64,000 bases of DNA from Octopus sinensis. Its lineage: Eukaryota. Shown here in pieces: positions 26,674 to 40,488 of the stretch. The position numbers and the translations under genes are program-made. The notes under the pieces are model-generated. The model worked only from the letters and a program-made list of their open reading frames with translations. It was not told the origin of the DNA and did not search any database. The stretch is from the NCBI RefSeq assembly GCF_006345805.1, contig NC_043010.1, positions 55,490,001 to 55,554,000 of the forward strand. Direction: 5' to 3'. Numbering within the stretch: position 1 is the first letter of the stretch; every line of letters begins with the position of its first letter.

Positions 26674-27840
26674 CCGATGAAATAAATGCCAGAATGGGGG
26701 TCAATGAAATATATGCCAGAATTGGGGTCAATGAAATAAATGCCAGAATAGAGGTCGATGAAATAAATGCCAGAATTGGAGTCAATGAAATAAATGCCAG
26801 AATTGGAGTCAATGAACTATATGCCAGAATAGGGGTCAATGAAATAAATGCCAGAATAGGGGTCAATGAAATAAATGCCAGAATTGGAGTCAATGAAATA
26901 AATGCCAGAATAGGGGTCAATGAAATAAATGCCAGAATAGGGGTCAATGAAATAAATGCCAGAATAGGGGTCAATGAAATAAATGCCATAATAGGGGTCA
27001 ATGAAATAAATGCCAGAATAGGGGTCAATGAAATAAATGCCAGAATAGGGGTCAATGAAATAAATACCATAATAGGGGTCAATGAAATAAATGCCAGAAT
27101 AGGGGTCAATGAAATAAATGACAGAATAGGGGTCAATGAAATATATGCCAGAATTGGGGTCAATGAAATAAATGCCAGAATAGGGGTCAATGAAATAAAT
27201 GACAGAATAGGGGTCAATGAAATAAATGCCAGAATTGGAGTCAATGAAATAAATGCCAGAATAGGGATCGATGAAATAAATGCCATAATTGGAGTCAATG
27301 AAATATATGCCAGAATTGGAGTCAATGAAATAAATGCCAGAATTGGAGTCAATGAAATATATGCCAGAATAGGGGTCGATGAAATATATGCCAGAATTGG
27401 GGTCAATGAAATAAATGCCAGATTTGGAGTCAATGAAATAAATGCCAGAATAGGGGTCAATGAAATAAATGTCAGAATAGGGGTCAATGAAATAAATGCC
27501 AGAATAGGGGTCAATGAAATAAATGCCATAATAGGGTATCAATGAAATAAATGCCATAATAGGGGTCAATGAAATAAATGCCAGAATAGGGGTCAATGAA
27601 ATAAATGCCAGAATAGGGGTCAATGAAATATATGCCAGAATAGGGGTCAATGAAATAAATGCCAGAATAGGGGTCAATGAAATAAATGCCAGAATAGGGG
27701 TCAATGAAATAAATGCCATAATAGGGGTCAATGAAATATATGCCAGAATAGGGGTCAATAAAATAAATGTCAGAATAGGGGTCAATGAAATAAATGCCAG
27801 AATAGGGGTCAATTAAATATATGCCAGAATAGGGGTCAAT
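26674..27840. repeat. 27-bp minisatellite, ~43 units, consensus GGGGTCAATGAAATAAATGCCAGAATA, inside a family-A-like SINE relic
   Basis: 9-aa periodicity in the track ORFs; SINE-like flanks catcctttc..gtaccagctgagcac and gctgagtactggggtcgat. Confidence 0.95.
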
Positions 27841-28977
27841 TAAAGAAATGCTAGCTGAGTACTGGGGTCGATATAGTCCTGAACCTTGAGGGTCTCGTGT
27901 CACAGTGTGAAACCCATTAGTACATTAGCGTGTTGGCAGTATCGTTACAGAATTGATAACACTGCATTATGATATTTCATATATCATGTTTCTTACGCAT
28001 ATGTACTTGGAGACGGGAAAAAACAGAGACAAATAGACACTGATAAAGATACATACGCACGTGTGTGTGAGTGTGTGTGTGTGTGTGTGAGTGACTGTAT
28101 GTCTGTGTGTATGAATGGTGGATGAGAGAGGAGTGATGGTTGCCGAGACGATAGATTGCAAATATAAAACATGAGGAGGAGGTTGTAGCCGAAATTATTA
28201 ACCAGAGTATGCAAACATAAATACATACATACATACATAGGTTTGTGAACGCTGTGTGTAGATGTATGTATGTCTCTGTATCTGCGTATGTGTATGTGTG
28301 TGTTTGTCTGTGCGTTTATATCTGTTTCTGTGTGTATGTGAATGTATATGTTTGCACGTTTTCGTATTATCAGAAGTTTGTTCAGGCAATTCAGAAATAT
28401 ATTAATTATCATTTCACGCACAGACTTGTTAAGTCTAATATAAGGTTAGAAGTTGACGGAAGTAAGCATAATCTAGTGTTATTGTCAGGTATATAAGAAA
28501 GGTCATAAATACGAGGAAATGTTGGGCATTTTGAATTTTAAAATATCAGTATTGATATTGTAATTATCTGTTGGAACTTTGAAAACGCGGACAACTTCGC
28601 AAATTTAGGTCAATGTAATATATTTCAATTTATCTCTATTGTATTACACACAAAATATTTTCAATCATTCGTTCTAAAGGACAAACGTTTTTATATGTAT
28701 ATATCACATATATAGATAGAGATAGATAGACAAATACATAGCTAGATAGATCGATAGATAATAGATAGATAGACTTATGTTTATATGCATGCATATACAT
28801 ACATATACACACACACAGACATCATCCATATATATTTATTTATATGTTAGTAAATGTGTATATGAAGGTAAACATTCATATCTCTCTCTCTCTGTTTCTC
28901 TCTCTCTCTCTATCTCTCTCTCTCTATATATATATATACATGCATATATATATATACATACATATATATATACATAC

Positions 28978-29009
<32 letters not shown>

Positions 29010-29013
29010 ATAT

Positions 29014-29068
<55 letters not shown>

Positions 29069-29123
29069 ATATATACATACATATACATATATATATATAC
29101 AATATATATACATATACATATAC

Positions 29124-29154
<31 letters not shown>

Positions 29155-29565
29155 ATTTATTTATATATATATATATGTGTGTGTAGTTTTTTCCGAACTT
29201 ATTTAAATGTGTATAGTTACATGTGTTCTGGTTTTCACGTCTTTTATTGTTGTGTTCAAAAACATCTTTTTTACAATGTTGAAGTATGTTAAACATTAAA
29301 AAATATTTTTTAGTCTTCCCAAAGTTCAATAAGCGCTTTCCTACGTTCACAGTAAACATCAGATTTCAAAATATATCAACTGACAGTAGAATTGAGAGCT
29401 TGACAACTGCAGTAAAATAACTAACTTATTCGTTTATATATATATATATATATATATTTACTGAAAGAGAAAGGGTGAGAGAGAGAGATCGCAAACGGCT
29501 AGAGCCTGTTGGGTGTGAATTTGGTGGTATTTCCAGAGAAGCACTCAACCCCAATACTCGGCTAT

Positions 29566-29930
29566 CAACAATGTCGGAATACTTTTGGTGTAGAAAATCC
29601 GAGTTTCACGACGGTTTTATAGTAATATGGTTTGGCGAAGAGTAAATAATCCAATCAAAAGAAGAAGACATTCAAAGTAAACCTCACACATGGTTCCCGC
29701 AAGATGAGGCAACTGCTCATATCGCAAGGCACACAATGCTGTTTTTACGGCAGTACTTTGGAGAGAAAATAATCTACTGCTACAACAATGTCGATTGGCC
29801 TTCACGTTCCCCAGATTTGACTCGTCCAGATTTTTTTCTTGTGGGGATATCTGAAAGAGAGGGTTAACGCCAAGTAACTTGAGACTCTGGTGCAACTGAA
29901 GTAGAACATCAAGAGTAAAATCAGAGAATC
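29566..29930 (+). pseudogene. Tc3/rosa-like (Tc1/mariner) transposase fragment
   Basis: TWFPQDEATAHIARHTM..DWPSRSPDLTRPDF, frameshift, LWGYLKERV..ETLVQLK*NI. Confidence 0.85.
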
Positions 29931-30071
29931 TTTTACAACGAATGGGCTTATAATAAAGTCTATAAAGAACTCAGAGACAGTCTGCATGTTTTGTTGAAGT
30001 TTAATGTTTCTGTAACTGACAATGAAGTTTCACTGATAATGTTTATATATATAAATATTCATTGGTTCGAG

Positions 30072-30200
30072 CATACATACATATATACATACATGCATAC
30101 ATACATACATACATACATACATACATACATACATACATACATACGTACGTACATACATACATACATACATACATACATACATACATACATACATACATAC
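30072..30200. repeat. (CATA)n microsatellite
   Basis: Direct reading. Confidence 0.95.
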
Positions 30201-30717
30201 ATGCATGTAGGTATATACATATGTATTTATGTATGGATGTATGTTCAAAATGTAAATTTGAAATTTTTATCTACATTTGATGCATAAATGCATTGGAAAT
30301 GCCGTCCAAATTTCCAGCATGGAACACGTTCTGAAAATGTCATATCATTAAATAATGTATACTTCAGTACCCCAAATGCAATTATTTATTACTGTTGGAG
30401 TATCCTGAATGAATCTTAATTTTGATCCCTTACATAACCACCACAGCCAAATGCATACAAAGAAAAATATACGAATAAATATGCTTATAAAAGACTACTA
30501 AATTTTTATCTATTTCCTATTCATGGAAGTGAAGACGCCATATTTGCTGTGATGTTGAATATGTACATGTGAGTAAATTCGTGTATATGTGACTTTGTAT
30601 GTATCCTCGCATGGATCTGTGTTTTATTTATTAAATTTGTTTTTCGATGACTAGTAAGTGGTTAGTCAGTTGCTTGAGATAAATGCATAAAAGACAGAAA
30701 AGTATGCTCCATTTTCT

Positions 30718-31091
30718 AATTACCTCCGCCTTAGCGAAGGCGAGGGTTTTGTTTTCAGTCGGGTTTCTTTGTTTCTCCGCGGATAAGATATCTCAAGAAC
30801 CGCTGAATGTGTTCGGATGGAACTTTCAGGAATGTTTGGAGTCCTGAATGGCACGAACTGATTAGATCTTGGGATCGATCCAGTACAGGACACGGATTCT
30901 GGATTATTCTTCCGGCTTTTTTTTCCTTAATTTTTGAGAGCGGTCGGTTTCATTTTTAGTATTCTCGTTTGTGAGAGCAGTCCACTTTATTTCAGATATT
31001 CTCATTTTAAGAATCATCTCCGGCTGATAGTCGAGAGGACGTTAGTGTTTTGCCTTGGCGGAGGCTTTCTCTCTTTGAGTGATCTTGTTTT
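30718..31091 (+). mobile_element. Non-autonomous Helentron-type (HINE-like) element
   Basis: 5' attacctccgcc with palindrome cgccttagcgaaggcg; 3' sub-terminal ttggcggagg, short hairpin, cttgtttt; second copy at 57608-57984. Confidence 0.7.
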
Positions 31092-31426
31092 AATGTATTT
31101 CTATTTCCTAATTGTCTTGTGAATTCCAAATAGGAAATCCGGGATGTGCAGAAATTTCTGATTCATTACGCCGAATATATTTTTCTGTATACTCTATCAG
31201 ATCTTAAGTAATTTTCAGCTGTTCGTTAGCGTAAATTTAAAACGTGACAAACTGACGTCTATTTAATGTATATATGTGAGTCAGGTCACGTATATCTTTG
31301 TGTGTGTGAGTATATATATATATATGATAAATTTATATAAATAAGGATAAGATCGATATTTAAATACCGATCTTATCAGGTGGCCAGCAAGGGAATAAAC
31401 AAATTTCCAAGGTAATAATTATTTAA

Positions 31427-31564
31427 AATTATGATTTAGGGCATATAAATATACCCTAAATTCATACACCTGGTGCTGTATGAACATTTAATGTGGTTTA
31501 GGAGTCAAGTTTTGACTGCTATTTCCAGCGTGGAGGTATCACTTAGATACCCTAAATTATAATT
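31427..31564. mobile_element. Short element with 15-bp inverted termini, related to the 16028 fold-back
   Basis: aattatgatttaggg / ccctaaattataatt; shares ctgctatttc. Confidence 0.5.
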
Positions 31565-31575
31565 AAATATATATG

Positions 31576-31603
<28 letters not shown>

Positions 31604-31609
<6 letters not shown>

Positions 31610-31806
31610 TAGAAACAAAAACACCTTTTATCATTTCAATAATGAAAAATTAAATTACACCATCTAGAGAATTACATATAGAAAGATTAAATATAAGATA
31701 AAACATATAACAATGTTTTAATCTTTCTATAATATGTAATTTTCTAGATGGTATGATTTAAATTTTCATTACTAAATTGATGAAAGGTGGTTTTTTTCTA
31801 ATTTAT
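31604..31806. mobile_element. AT-rich fold-back embedded in (TA)n
   Basis: 31604-31691 aligns with the reverse complement of 31717-31806 with scattered mismatches. Confidence 0.75.
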
Positions 31807-32343
31807 ATATATATATTATATTTTGTGAAATTTGATTTAGTATTTCTAAATTGAATTTTTCCCTGTAAGTTTGGAATAATATTCCCTCATAATATTATTG
31901 TTATTATATATGATATATATATATATTGTATATCTATATCTATATCTGTCAATCTATGTGTGTGTGTGCGTATGTATATTTCATCTTATAAGTTACTATC
32001 AGATAATCTGCTGATAGCGAGCAAGCTGAAACTTTGAAATTACAGTCCACACTACTATTTTTGATAATTAATAATCTTCGTGGCGATGAATGATACATCG
32101 TTGTAATATTGAATCAACTATAATTCACATACAAAGTTTATGCATTTATCTGTGCGTGCGTGAGTGTGTGTGTTTGTGTGTGCGTCTGTATGTGTGTTTG
32201 TGTATGCTTATGTAAGTGCGCACGCATGTATGCGACTGTGGCTGTGTGAATATGTATGTAAATATTAAAATATATATACGTACACGTATACTCATGTATA
32301 TGCGTATATGTGTGTGTGCATGTGCGTGTATGCATATGTCTGT

Positions 32344-32387
<44 letters not shown>

Positions 32388-32415
32388 TATATATATCTGT
32401 GTGTGTGTTGTCTGT

Positions 32416-32456
<41 letters not shown>

Positions 32457-33064
32457 AACGTAATACTTATTCAGACGCACGCAAACACACACACATATAT
32501 ATAGGCAATAATACAGAAGAATACATACTCAGATATTCTCAGGGATAGGCACATATACAGCCATGAATACAGTCATACGTGGAAATCAGCATATACAAAT
32601 GGATATATATATATACATACATACATACATAGCATACATGCATAGCATACATACATGTAGACATATAAATGATATCGAAACACCGAATCAGGAAACACAG
32701 ACACACATTAATCATCATTTTTCCGCAAGCTACCAGCTATCGCTAATAGAAGTTGAAATATTTTCATAACTAACCTCGTTACAGAGATAGGGTCAGATAT
32801 TTTAGAACCGACAGAAATATGCATGGATATTACGAGTTTTAATATTTAACAATCCCATCGATATTACAATAATCGGTGGGAAATGTAAAAGTCGAACAGG
32901 CAGCTTTCTCAGGGCAGATTCATGCATCTTCATTTAAGTCTATTGTACATTATATAATGTATATATAGTATATATAAAATAATATATAATATATACTAAA
33001 TGTAGGTATATATCTAGTATATCAGAAGTATGAATCTATCTATCTATTTATCATTCTCTCTCTT

Positions 33065-33131
<67 letters not shown>

Positions 33132-33139
33132 CACTGTAC

Positions 33140-33203
<64 letters not shown>

Positions 33204-33244
33204 TATATATATGTATGTCTGTTACTCTGGGTATATGTACAGTG

Positions 33245-33283
<39 letters not shown>

Positions 33284-33498
33284 GAGTTGAAATTTACAGA
33301 AAGACAAAAGACGAAGACAGGTGTATAAACAACAAGCAGGTGTATCACTTTGACATACACATATATATATACACATACAGCTATAGACATATATATATAT
33401 ATATAATATATAATATATATATATATAATGGGCTATGTTAATAAACTCTATAAAATATAGGTATATTTGCAGTATATCTAAAGTATGAATATATCTTT

Positions 33499-33830
<332 letters not shown>

Positions 33831-34479
33831 GAGAGAGAGAAAGATGCATACATATATACATATATATATATACACATACTTACAGGCGGAAAGTTATGTA
33901 TATGTGTGTATATGTGTGTGTTTGTGTATGTATGTGTGTATATGTGTGTATATGTGTCTGTGTGTCAGTGTAAGTAATAGGTGAATTGGGTTGATTTTGT
34001 CATCGTAGATAATTGCGTACTAATGAGACGAGTGGACAAATACCTTAGCTTCCGGGAAATCATATGACAGGTGTATATGGATATATCCATTTATATATAT
34101 ATATGAGTAGATACGTGTATGCACGTGTTTGTGTGTATGTGTGTATTTGTGCGAGTGCGTGCGCGCTTGTGTGAGTGTGTTTGTATGCGAATGTATATTT
34201 ATATCATATCTTATTGACTCAAAAGGTTTGCAATATTTCGGTAATCTATGTTCTTCAGTCATCAAATTACCACAAAAGCAACTTAGGCATCGTATTCCAT
34301 CATCTGAATCCACCTTTCTGCCATTTCTTTGAGCCCACGCTGACACCAGTTCTCATCTCTGGAGACGTAGAACCCCTCCTTCACTGAAGATTCCACCTCT
34401 TTTAGGGAGTCATGAATTAGGACAAGTAAGTCACGATTTAGGACAAGTGAGTCATGAATTAGGACAAGTAATAATCCTT

Positions 34480-34668
34480 TCTACTGTAGTCGATTTCATC
34501 GACCCCTGTGCGTAACTGGTTGTTATGTAATGCCCCCCCCCCCCCCGAATGAATGAAAGGTGATGTCGACCTCAGTGGATTTTGAACTCAGAACGCAGCG
34601 ACGGACGAAATTCCGCTAAGCATTTCCTCCAGCGTGCTAACGACGATTCTGCCAGTTCGCAGCCTTAA
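34480..34668 (-). mobile_element. SINE family A, diverged
   Basis: tgcgtaactgg..gaatgaaagg..gtcgacctc..tttgaactcagaacg..ctaagcattt..gattctgccag. Confidence 0.8.
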
Positions 34669-35182
34669 TTCAAAACAGATAATAATCCGTGGGAACTACG
34701 TCCGGTAAATAAGCTGGATGTGGAAATTGAAGTCTATTCCAGGTCGTTCGAGTGTTATGAGCTCTTGAGTTGTCTTACTGCCGACGGCAGTAAGACAACA
34801 TATTACAGCTCTCTGTTAATATATGACAAGGGTTTTTGCCGTACAGTGGCTTACATTTTCTCCAGCTGTTCGGTGCACATGTTGACACCGATGGTTCAAC
34901 CGTCAGGAACGAACCTCTGATAAATTATCCCTTTATGATTCCACCAAACCCAGAACACCATTTTGTGTTCGAAACGTTTATGCCAGGCGACAGTTTGCAG
35001 AAGCTGGCGTGTGAATTATCCCTTCATAATTACACCGGGCTCAGAGCATTCGTCTTGGAATCTGGCCTGGAAACCATCCCGCCATAATTCAATCAAACCC
35101 GGAGCATCATCTTGTGTGAAACCTCCATGTAATGCAACAGTTTCCGGAATCTAGTGCTTTAGGATTGCAGAAAAATGTTTCC

Positions 35183-35450
35183 TTCCGACTACAACTTGTT
35201 CCGATCCATGGCTCACTTTCCGCACGCACGACACTTCATCAGCGGACAAGGGGTAGAAGCTTCAGTCAAAGAGTTATTTACCTTGAAGGACAAGAACAAC
35301 TGTCACTATAAGACGAAAGAACTGGTAGAAAGATGGCTTCAGATGGTGTAACACAATGGACTCTACTCTAATGATCGGCTGTTTTTGTTGTAACTTGACG
35401 AATATAGCAAATAAGTTACCAAATATTGTGAAACTTTAGACTAAGCACAA
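35183..35450 (+). pseudogene. Mariner transposase C-terminal fragment
   Basis: PSDYNLFRSMAHF..VEASVKELF..KELVERWLQMV*HNGLY. Confidence 0.8.
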
Positions 35451-35984
35451 TATTGAATATTCATACATAAAACAGAGAGGGAGATGAAACTGAGATTTAA
35501 ATGCTTGTATTATTGTGTGCACAAGATGTTTGCCCTCGCGTTGTTCGGTTTCAGTATCGCTCTGCATCTACTAGGACAGAGTAACTTACTAAAACTTCGC
35601 ACTAACTTGTAACGCTTCACCGTTATTTGATACTCAGCAAATGAACTACTTTTCTGTCGCATGTGTACGTATGTGTATTTTGTGTGTGTATATGTGTATC
35701 AGTAAACCACAGCTATGTCTCGGTTTGATCATTTTGATTACTGTTTTTTCTTATCTGCTTATTAGAAGCTTTTAGCATTCGGTCTTATTCTTCTGTGCTT
35801 CCCATCTCAATTGCAAACAAATGCTATACATCGTAATCTTTACAGAGCACAATAGATTAAAGATAGCGAATTCGTCCTCCAGTAAATCTTACGCAATCTA
35901 ATGTTTAATTATTGTTTTCTTTTTGTATCTATTCGTCTTCAACATGATGAATATTTTTTCAAACAATGTTAGGCAAAATTAATA

Positions 35985-36391
35985 GGCGCACGAGTGGCTG
36001 TGTGGTAAGTAGCTTGCTTACCAACCACATAGTTCCGGGGTCAGTCCCACTGCGTGGCACCTTGGAAAAGTGTCTTCTACTATAGCCTCGGGCCGACCAA
36101 AGCCTTGTGAGTGGATTTGTTAGACGGAAACTGAAAGAATCCCGTCGTATATATGTATATATATGTATGTATGCATGTGTATATGTTTGTGTGTCTGAGT
36201 TTGCCCCCTCCCCTCAACATCGCTTGATACCCGATGCTCGTGTGTTTACGTCCCCGTAACTTAGCTGTTCGGAAAAAGAGACCGATCGAATAAGTACTAG
36301 GCTTACAAAGTATAACCCTGGGGTCGATTTGCTCGACTAAATGCGGTGCTCCAGCAAGGCCGCAATCAAATGACTGAAACAAGTAAAAGAG
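35985..36391 (+). mobile_element. SINE family B, full length
   Basis: Matches the 16827 and 23714 copies. Confidence 0.92.
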
Positions 36392-36511
36392 TATAATATC
36401 TACATGTACTGTATGTATGTATGTATGTATGTATGTTGTATGTATGTATGTATGTATGTATGTATGTATGTATGTATGTATGTATGTATGTATGTGTGTG
36501 TATGTGTGTGT

Positions 36512-36622
36512 GGAGGCGCAATGCCTCAGTGGTTAGGGCAGAGGAATCGGGGTCGTAGGATCGCGGTTTCGATTTCCAGACCGCAGAGTTAGGGGCGAAC
36601 CCTGTTGTACTCTTTCACCGCA

Positions 36623-36625
<3 letters not shown>
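36512..36625 (+). mobile_element. SINE family C, internally deleted head
   Basis: ggaggcgcaatg..cagtggttagggcag..ggatcgcggtttcgat matches 48809; follows (TATG)n. Confidence 0.75.
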
Positions 36626-36659
<34 letters not shown>

Positions 36660-37499
36660 GTTTTCCTATTTCTGTTTATATATATATATATAAATACACA
36701 CTCCACACGCTCACACATACGTAGAACCTAAGCATGAATGAGCTAGACTCGTTTTCAGAGGCCCAGGTGTAAAAGTTGATACTACAAAATATACATACAT
36801 ACATACATACATACATACATACATACATACATACATACATACATACATACATACATACGTACATACTTACATATATATGTATGCATGTATGTATGCGTGT
36901 ATGTATGTATGTATACATACAATATTAATACAACCCGACAACTATATAAAGATAGTAAATATATAAAAACATTCGCACAGCATTGGCATAACGTTAGAAT
37001 ATGTGACATCTCAATATTGTATAAGTCATCTTTTCAAACAATTAAAGATCGATCGATGAACGAAATAAATTCAAACATTTAGCGGTTGTCTTAGCAACAA
37101 CTACTCATTTCAAATTTCCAAATTTTGCATTTGTTCTCTCCGTTCCATGTAAAAATTCTTTTGCCAGCGCCACTATCGCTCCACGCTTTATCTTCACTTG
37201 CAATGCTCCGTTCAAATCTACGAGTTCAAGTTATTTATTATACTTATCTACTTGACGTCAGCCATAAGCAATTTTGTCTCCTGGTGCTAGTTCTGTTCCT
37301 TGACAATTAACACGTCTATCCGTCTATCATCTTTTATTATTAACAAAATTATTTCTAACGTGAGAAATCATTATTAACATAGAATAGAACATTTCCAAGT
37401 GCATTTGTAAACGCCAGATTTTATATATATATATATATATCTTTTGTTTTCGTTTGTTTCTTTATGTTTTCTTTCTAACAGAAATTGAGAGCCAAAACG

Positions 37500-37950
37500 A
37501 TAAAGTTAATTTCTTTTCCGTCGTTATCAATGAGCTTAAGATTGTACGCAAACAAAATGTTGCTGAACTCAGCACCTGAAGCTGGCTCTCAATTCCAGTC
37601 TCTTATACGGCCATTAATAGTGGAATTACGGCAATAATGGAAAGAGTCGGGAAATAGATTCCCCTTGGAATACTTACAGGATATTTGCCACTTGCATATA
37701 AATTACTTTTCCACCATGGTCCACTTGATAACATCAGTTAATTCAAACTGTTGGCAATATCAAACATCTTGAGGGCTTCGATAATCCAGTTGTGTGCTAA
37801 CAAATCATATTCTTTCCGGAAATCAATCGAAGCCATGCATGTACTCGTCAATCGTCATGTTCAATTTCTCATCAAATATCTTTCAATCAATAAACGATCT
37901 TTTGTTCCTTTCACCTTCTTTTACTATCGTCTCTTTTCTTATTCAAGTGG
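37500..37950 (-). pseudogene. R4/Dong-like RT fragment, highly decayed
   Basis: GTKDRLLIE..MASIDFRKEYDLLAHNWIIEALKMF..VSIPRGI..FSNILFAYNLKL. Confidence 0.7.
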
Positions 37951-38205
37951 AAAAGTGCTTATCCTTTAACAGACAAAACGTATGTGTTTTTAAACGAACA
38001 CGATGTTAGCAATTTCCAAAGACAGTTCAGATATGAAATTAGTTAACAGCAATGGTAGTTACGCTGGTATTGGTGCTGGTTGGTACTGGTGACGTTTGGG
38101 AGTGTTCAGCGTGATTGTCGTTATTGTATTTGTATTAATGATTGTAGTATTACTAATATTTGTAGTAGAAATCCTGACAGCGTTTCTACTATTATTAATG
38201 ACGGT

Positions 38206-38236
<31 letters not shown>

Positions 38237-38547
38237 CGGCGTTCGTGGTTGTGGTTGATGTCGGACACATGCAAGCGAACGGAACAGGAGGGTCGCAGAC
38301 ATCGTTAAGCTCTCAAGAAACTCTATTCTTTGAAGACATTTTAGTCTCAATCTCTGGCGTGGCGAGTTCAATTCTTAGCAGACGATTCATTTGTTTTGTC
38401 ATTTTCACTTATACCAAAGATAAATTGTGTTCCATTCCACATAATGCAACTCTATGAAATTATATATATGTATATATGTATACACACACTAATGTATACA
38501 TATACATACAGATATAATCCTTTTGTACATATGTATATATATATGTG

Positions 38548-38624
<77 letters not shown>

Positions 38625-38639
38625 TAATGGTATTTTTAT

Positions 38640-38800
38640 ATAAGATTAAAGGTTATGGGGATCATCGTGCGATGACTAACGAAAATATTCTGAACAGTAG
38701 CCTGCGGTATACACCTTGCTTGGACATTTACTACTTCCGAAGTTCCGCTCTCGGTAGGAAACATGTGTAGCTCGGATCTATCTACTCCATTCTGTAACAC
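38640..38800 (+). mobile_element. Penelope-like tail with hammerhead-like motif (38687-38772)
   Basis: CTGAACA GTAGCC..GGTAG GAAAC ATGT GTA gct; collinear with the reverse complement of 15400-15520; flanked by microsatellites. Confidence 0.6.
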
Positions 38801-38824
38801 TGTTGCACATACACACACACACAC

Positions 38825-38881
<57 letters not shown>

Positions 38882-39397
38882 TAGAATTTTAGTAAGAGAA
38901 GATGGAATGAACATGTACATCGAGTAAAAGGAGAGGTGCTATCATATGATCGCATCTGGTAGCCGATCCTCGGAGAGAAGATTTAGAAAGCAGATTATGA
39001 GCTTATTACCCGATACGTACGGTAAAATACACACATACACACGCATAAATGTACACACGCATAAATGTACACACGCAAAATGAAGAGTCGGAGAATACTA
39101 GATATATGTCTCCTTCTTGGGTTTCTCAAGTTTAATACAATTAGTGCTATGTGGAATGCATTATTGTCAAGCTTATTGTTTCTATTACTAAGGTGTTGAA
39201 ATAACAGCATCAACAGAACCGCTACAAATATGTATTGAGGTATTGTTTCTCCGGCTTCTTAAGTCTGACAAAAGCAGCTTTGTTTCTGCCAGAGCTTATC
39301 TAACGTTCCGAGTTTGCTAGAATAAAGTTCCCTCAAATATAAGGGGTGATGTAATTGACTAACACCTACCTTAATCTCAAGCTTTGTCCCTCAATTA

Positions 39398-39963
39398 TTG
39401 GGTTGTCCGGAAAGCTCGTGCCGATTTATAGTTTCTTAGCTTTCGATATATTTTAGAACATGTTTGAGTCCATAAAATAGGATTTGACTACACCTCCATT
39501 TAGGACACAGTTTAAGTTATCTTTTTATGGAAGAAGGTTTATGTTCCTATAACCTGTGTTAATTCTGTAAGCCTTTAAAATGTAAGATAAGAAAGTTCAT
39601 TTTCAGCACTTGATGATTTGAGAACCAGACAAAAGTTGCTGCTGCTTGGCTGGGATGTATTACCCCACCCTCCATATTCACCAGATATTGCTCCTTTAGA
39701 TTTCCACTTATCCAGGTCTCTGCAGAATAGACTTAATGGTAAAAATTTCAATTCCTTGCATGACGTAAAAAGATACCTTGATTAATTCTTTGTTGTGAAA
39801 CCACCTCAATTCTGGGAAGAGGGTATTTTCAAGTTAAAGTAAAGATGGAGACGCATTGTGCAACAAAATGGTTCACATTTGGTTGATCAAAAATGTAATG
39901 GCAAGTATTTATTGACCAATTTCTTTCCTTTAAAAATCGGTATGAACTTTCCGGACAACCCAG
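39398..39963 (+). mobile_element. Internally deleted mariner element with TIRs and TA TSD
   Basis: 30-bp TIRs ttgggttgtccggaaagctcgtgccgattt / aaatcggtatgaactttccggacaacccag (26/30), TA both sides; M*DKKVHFQHLM joined to RTRQKL..GWDVLPHPPYSPDIAP..GIFKLK*RWRRIVQQNG. Confidence 0.93.
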
Positions 39964-40217
39964 TAAAAAGAAACATTACTGGAGAGATGGACCGGCAAAA
40001 TCAGTATAAAAGATAAGAAATGCTTAAAATATTTGTTCCGAATCTTTACAGACTCATTGCAAAATTCTTTCGAAGTCAGCTCTGCCGTTTATCACTTCGT
40101 GCTCGATAAAATTGTAACCTGAATTTGATATAATCGACTAGCTACTCTCACTCAAACCCCATACCATTTGCCTATAGCCGAAATACTTGTTGTTATTGTT
40201 GTTGTTGTTGTTATTAA

Positions 40218-40437
40218 GACGGCCAGCTGTCAGAATCGTTAGCGCGTTGGACAAAATGCTTAGCGGTATTTCGTCCGTCGTTAGCACAGCGGGCGAAATG
40301 CTTAGCGGTATTTCGTCTGCCGCTACGTTTTGAGTTCAAATTTCGCCGAAGTCCACGTCGCCTTTCATCCTTTCGAGGACGAGTAAAGAAGTATCAGTTA
40401 CGCACTGGTGTCGATGCAATCAACTTAATCCCTTCCC
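40218..40437 (+). mobile_element. SINE family A with partly duplicated head
   Basis: aaatgcttagcggtatttcgtc occurs twice, then B box and body. Confidence 0.85.
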
Positions 40438-40488
40438 CGAAGATGCCCTTATGGAAACCAATTTTAAACCATTAAAATGATTATTATT

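Noticed and set aside
26674-27840. CRISPR-like array
   Set aside because: Units are contiguous with no unique spacers; eukaryotic context and no cas genes
26651-27903. 283, 292, 331 and 130 aa ORFs (GVNEINARI / AFISLTPIL / YFIDPYSGI repeats)
   Set aside because: They are translations of a 27-bp unit lacking stops in several frames; the unit derives from a SINE and a 1-nt insertion breaks the frames
31346-31380. CTGATAAG plus hairpin as a hammerhead
   Set aside because: No GAAA or cleavage triplet after the stem; a simple palindrome
38059-38457. H/Q/N/T-rich and Cys/Thr-rich frames resembling low-complexity exons
   Set aside because: Frames are closed by nearby stops, lack convincing acceptors and match no domain I recognise
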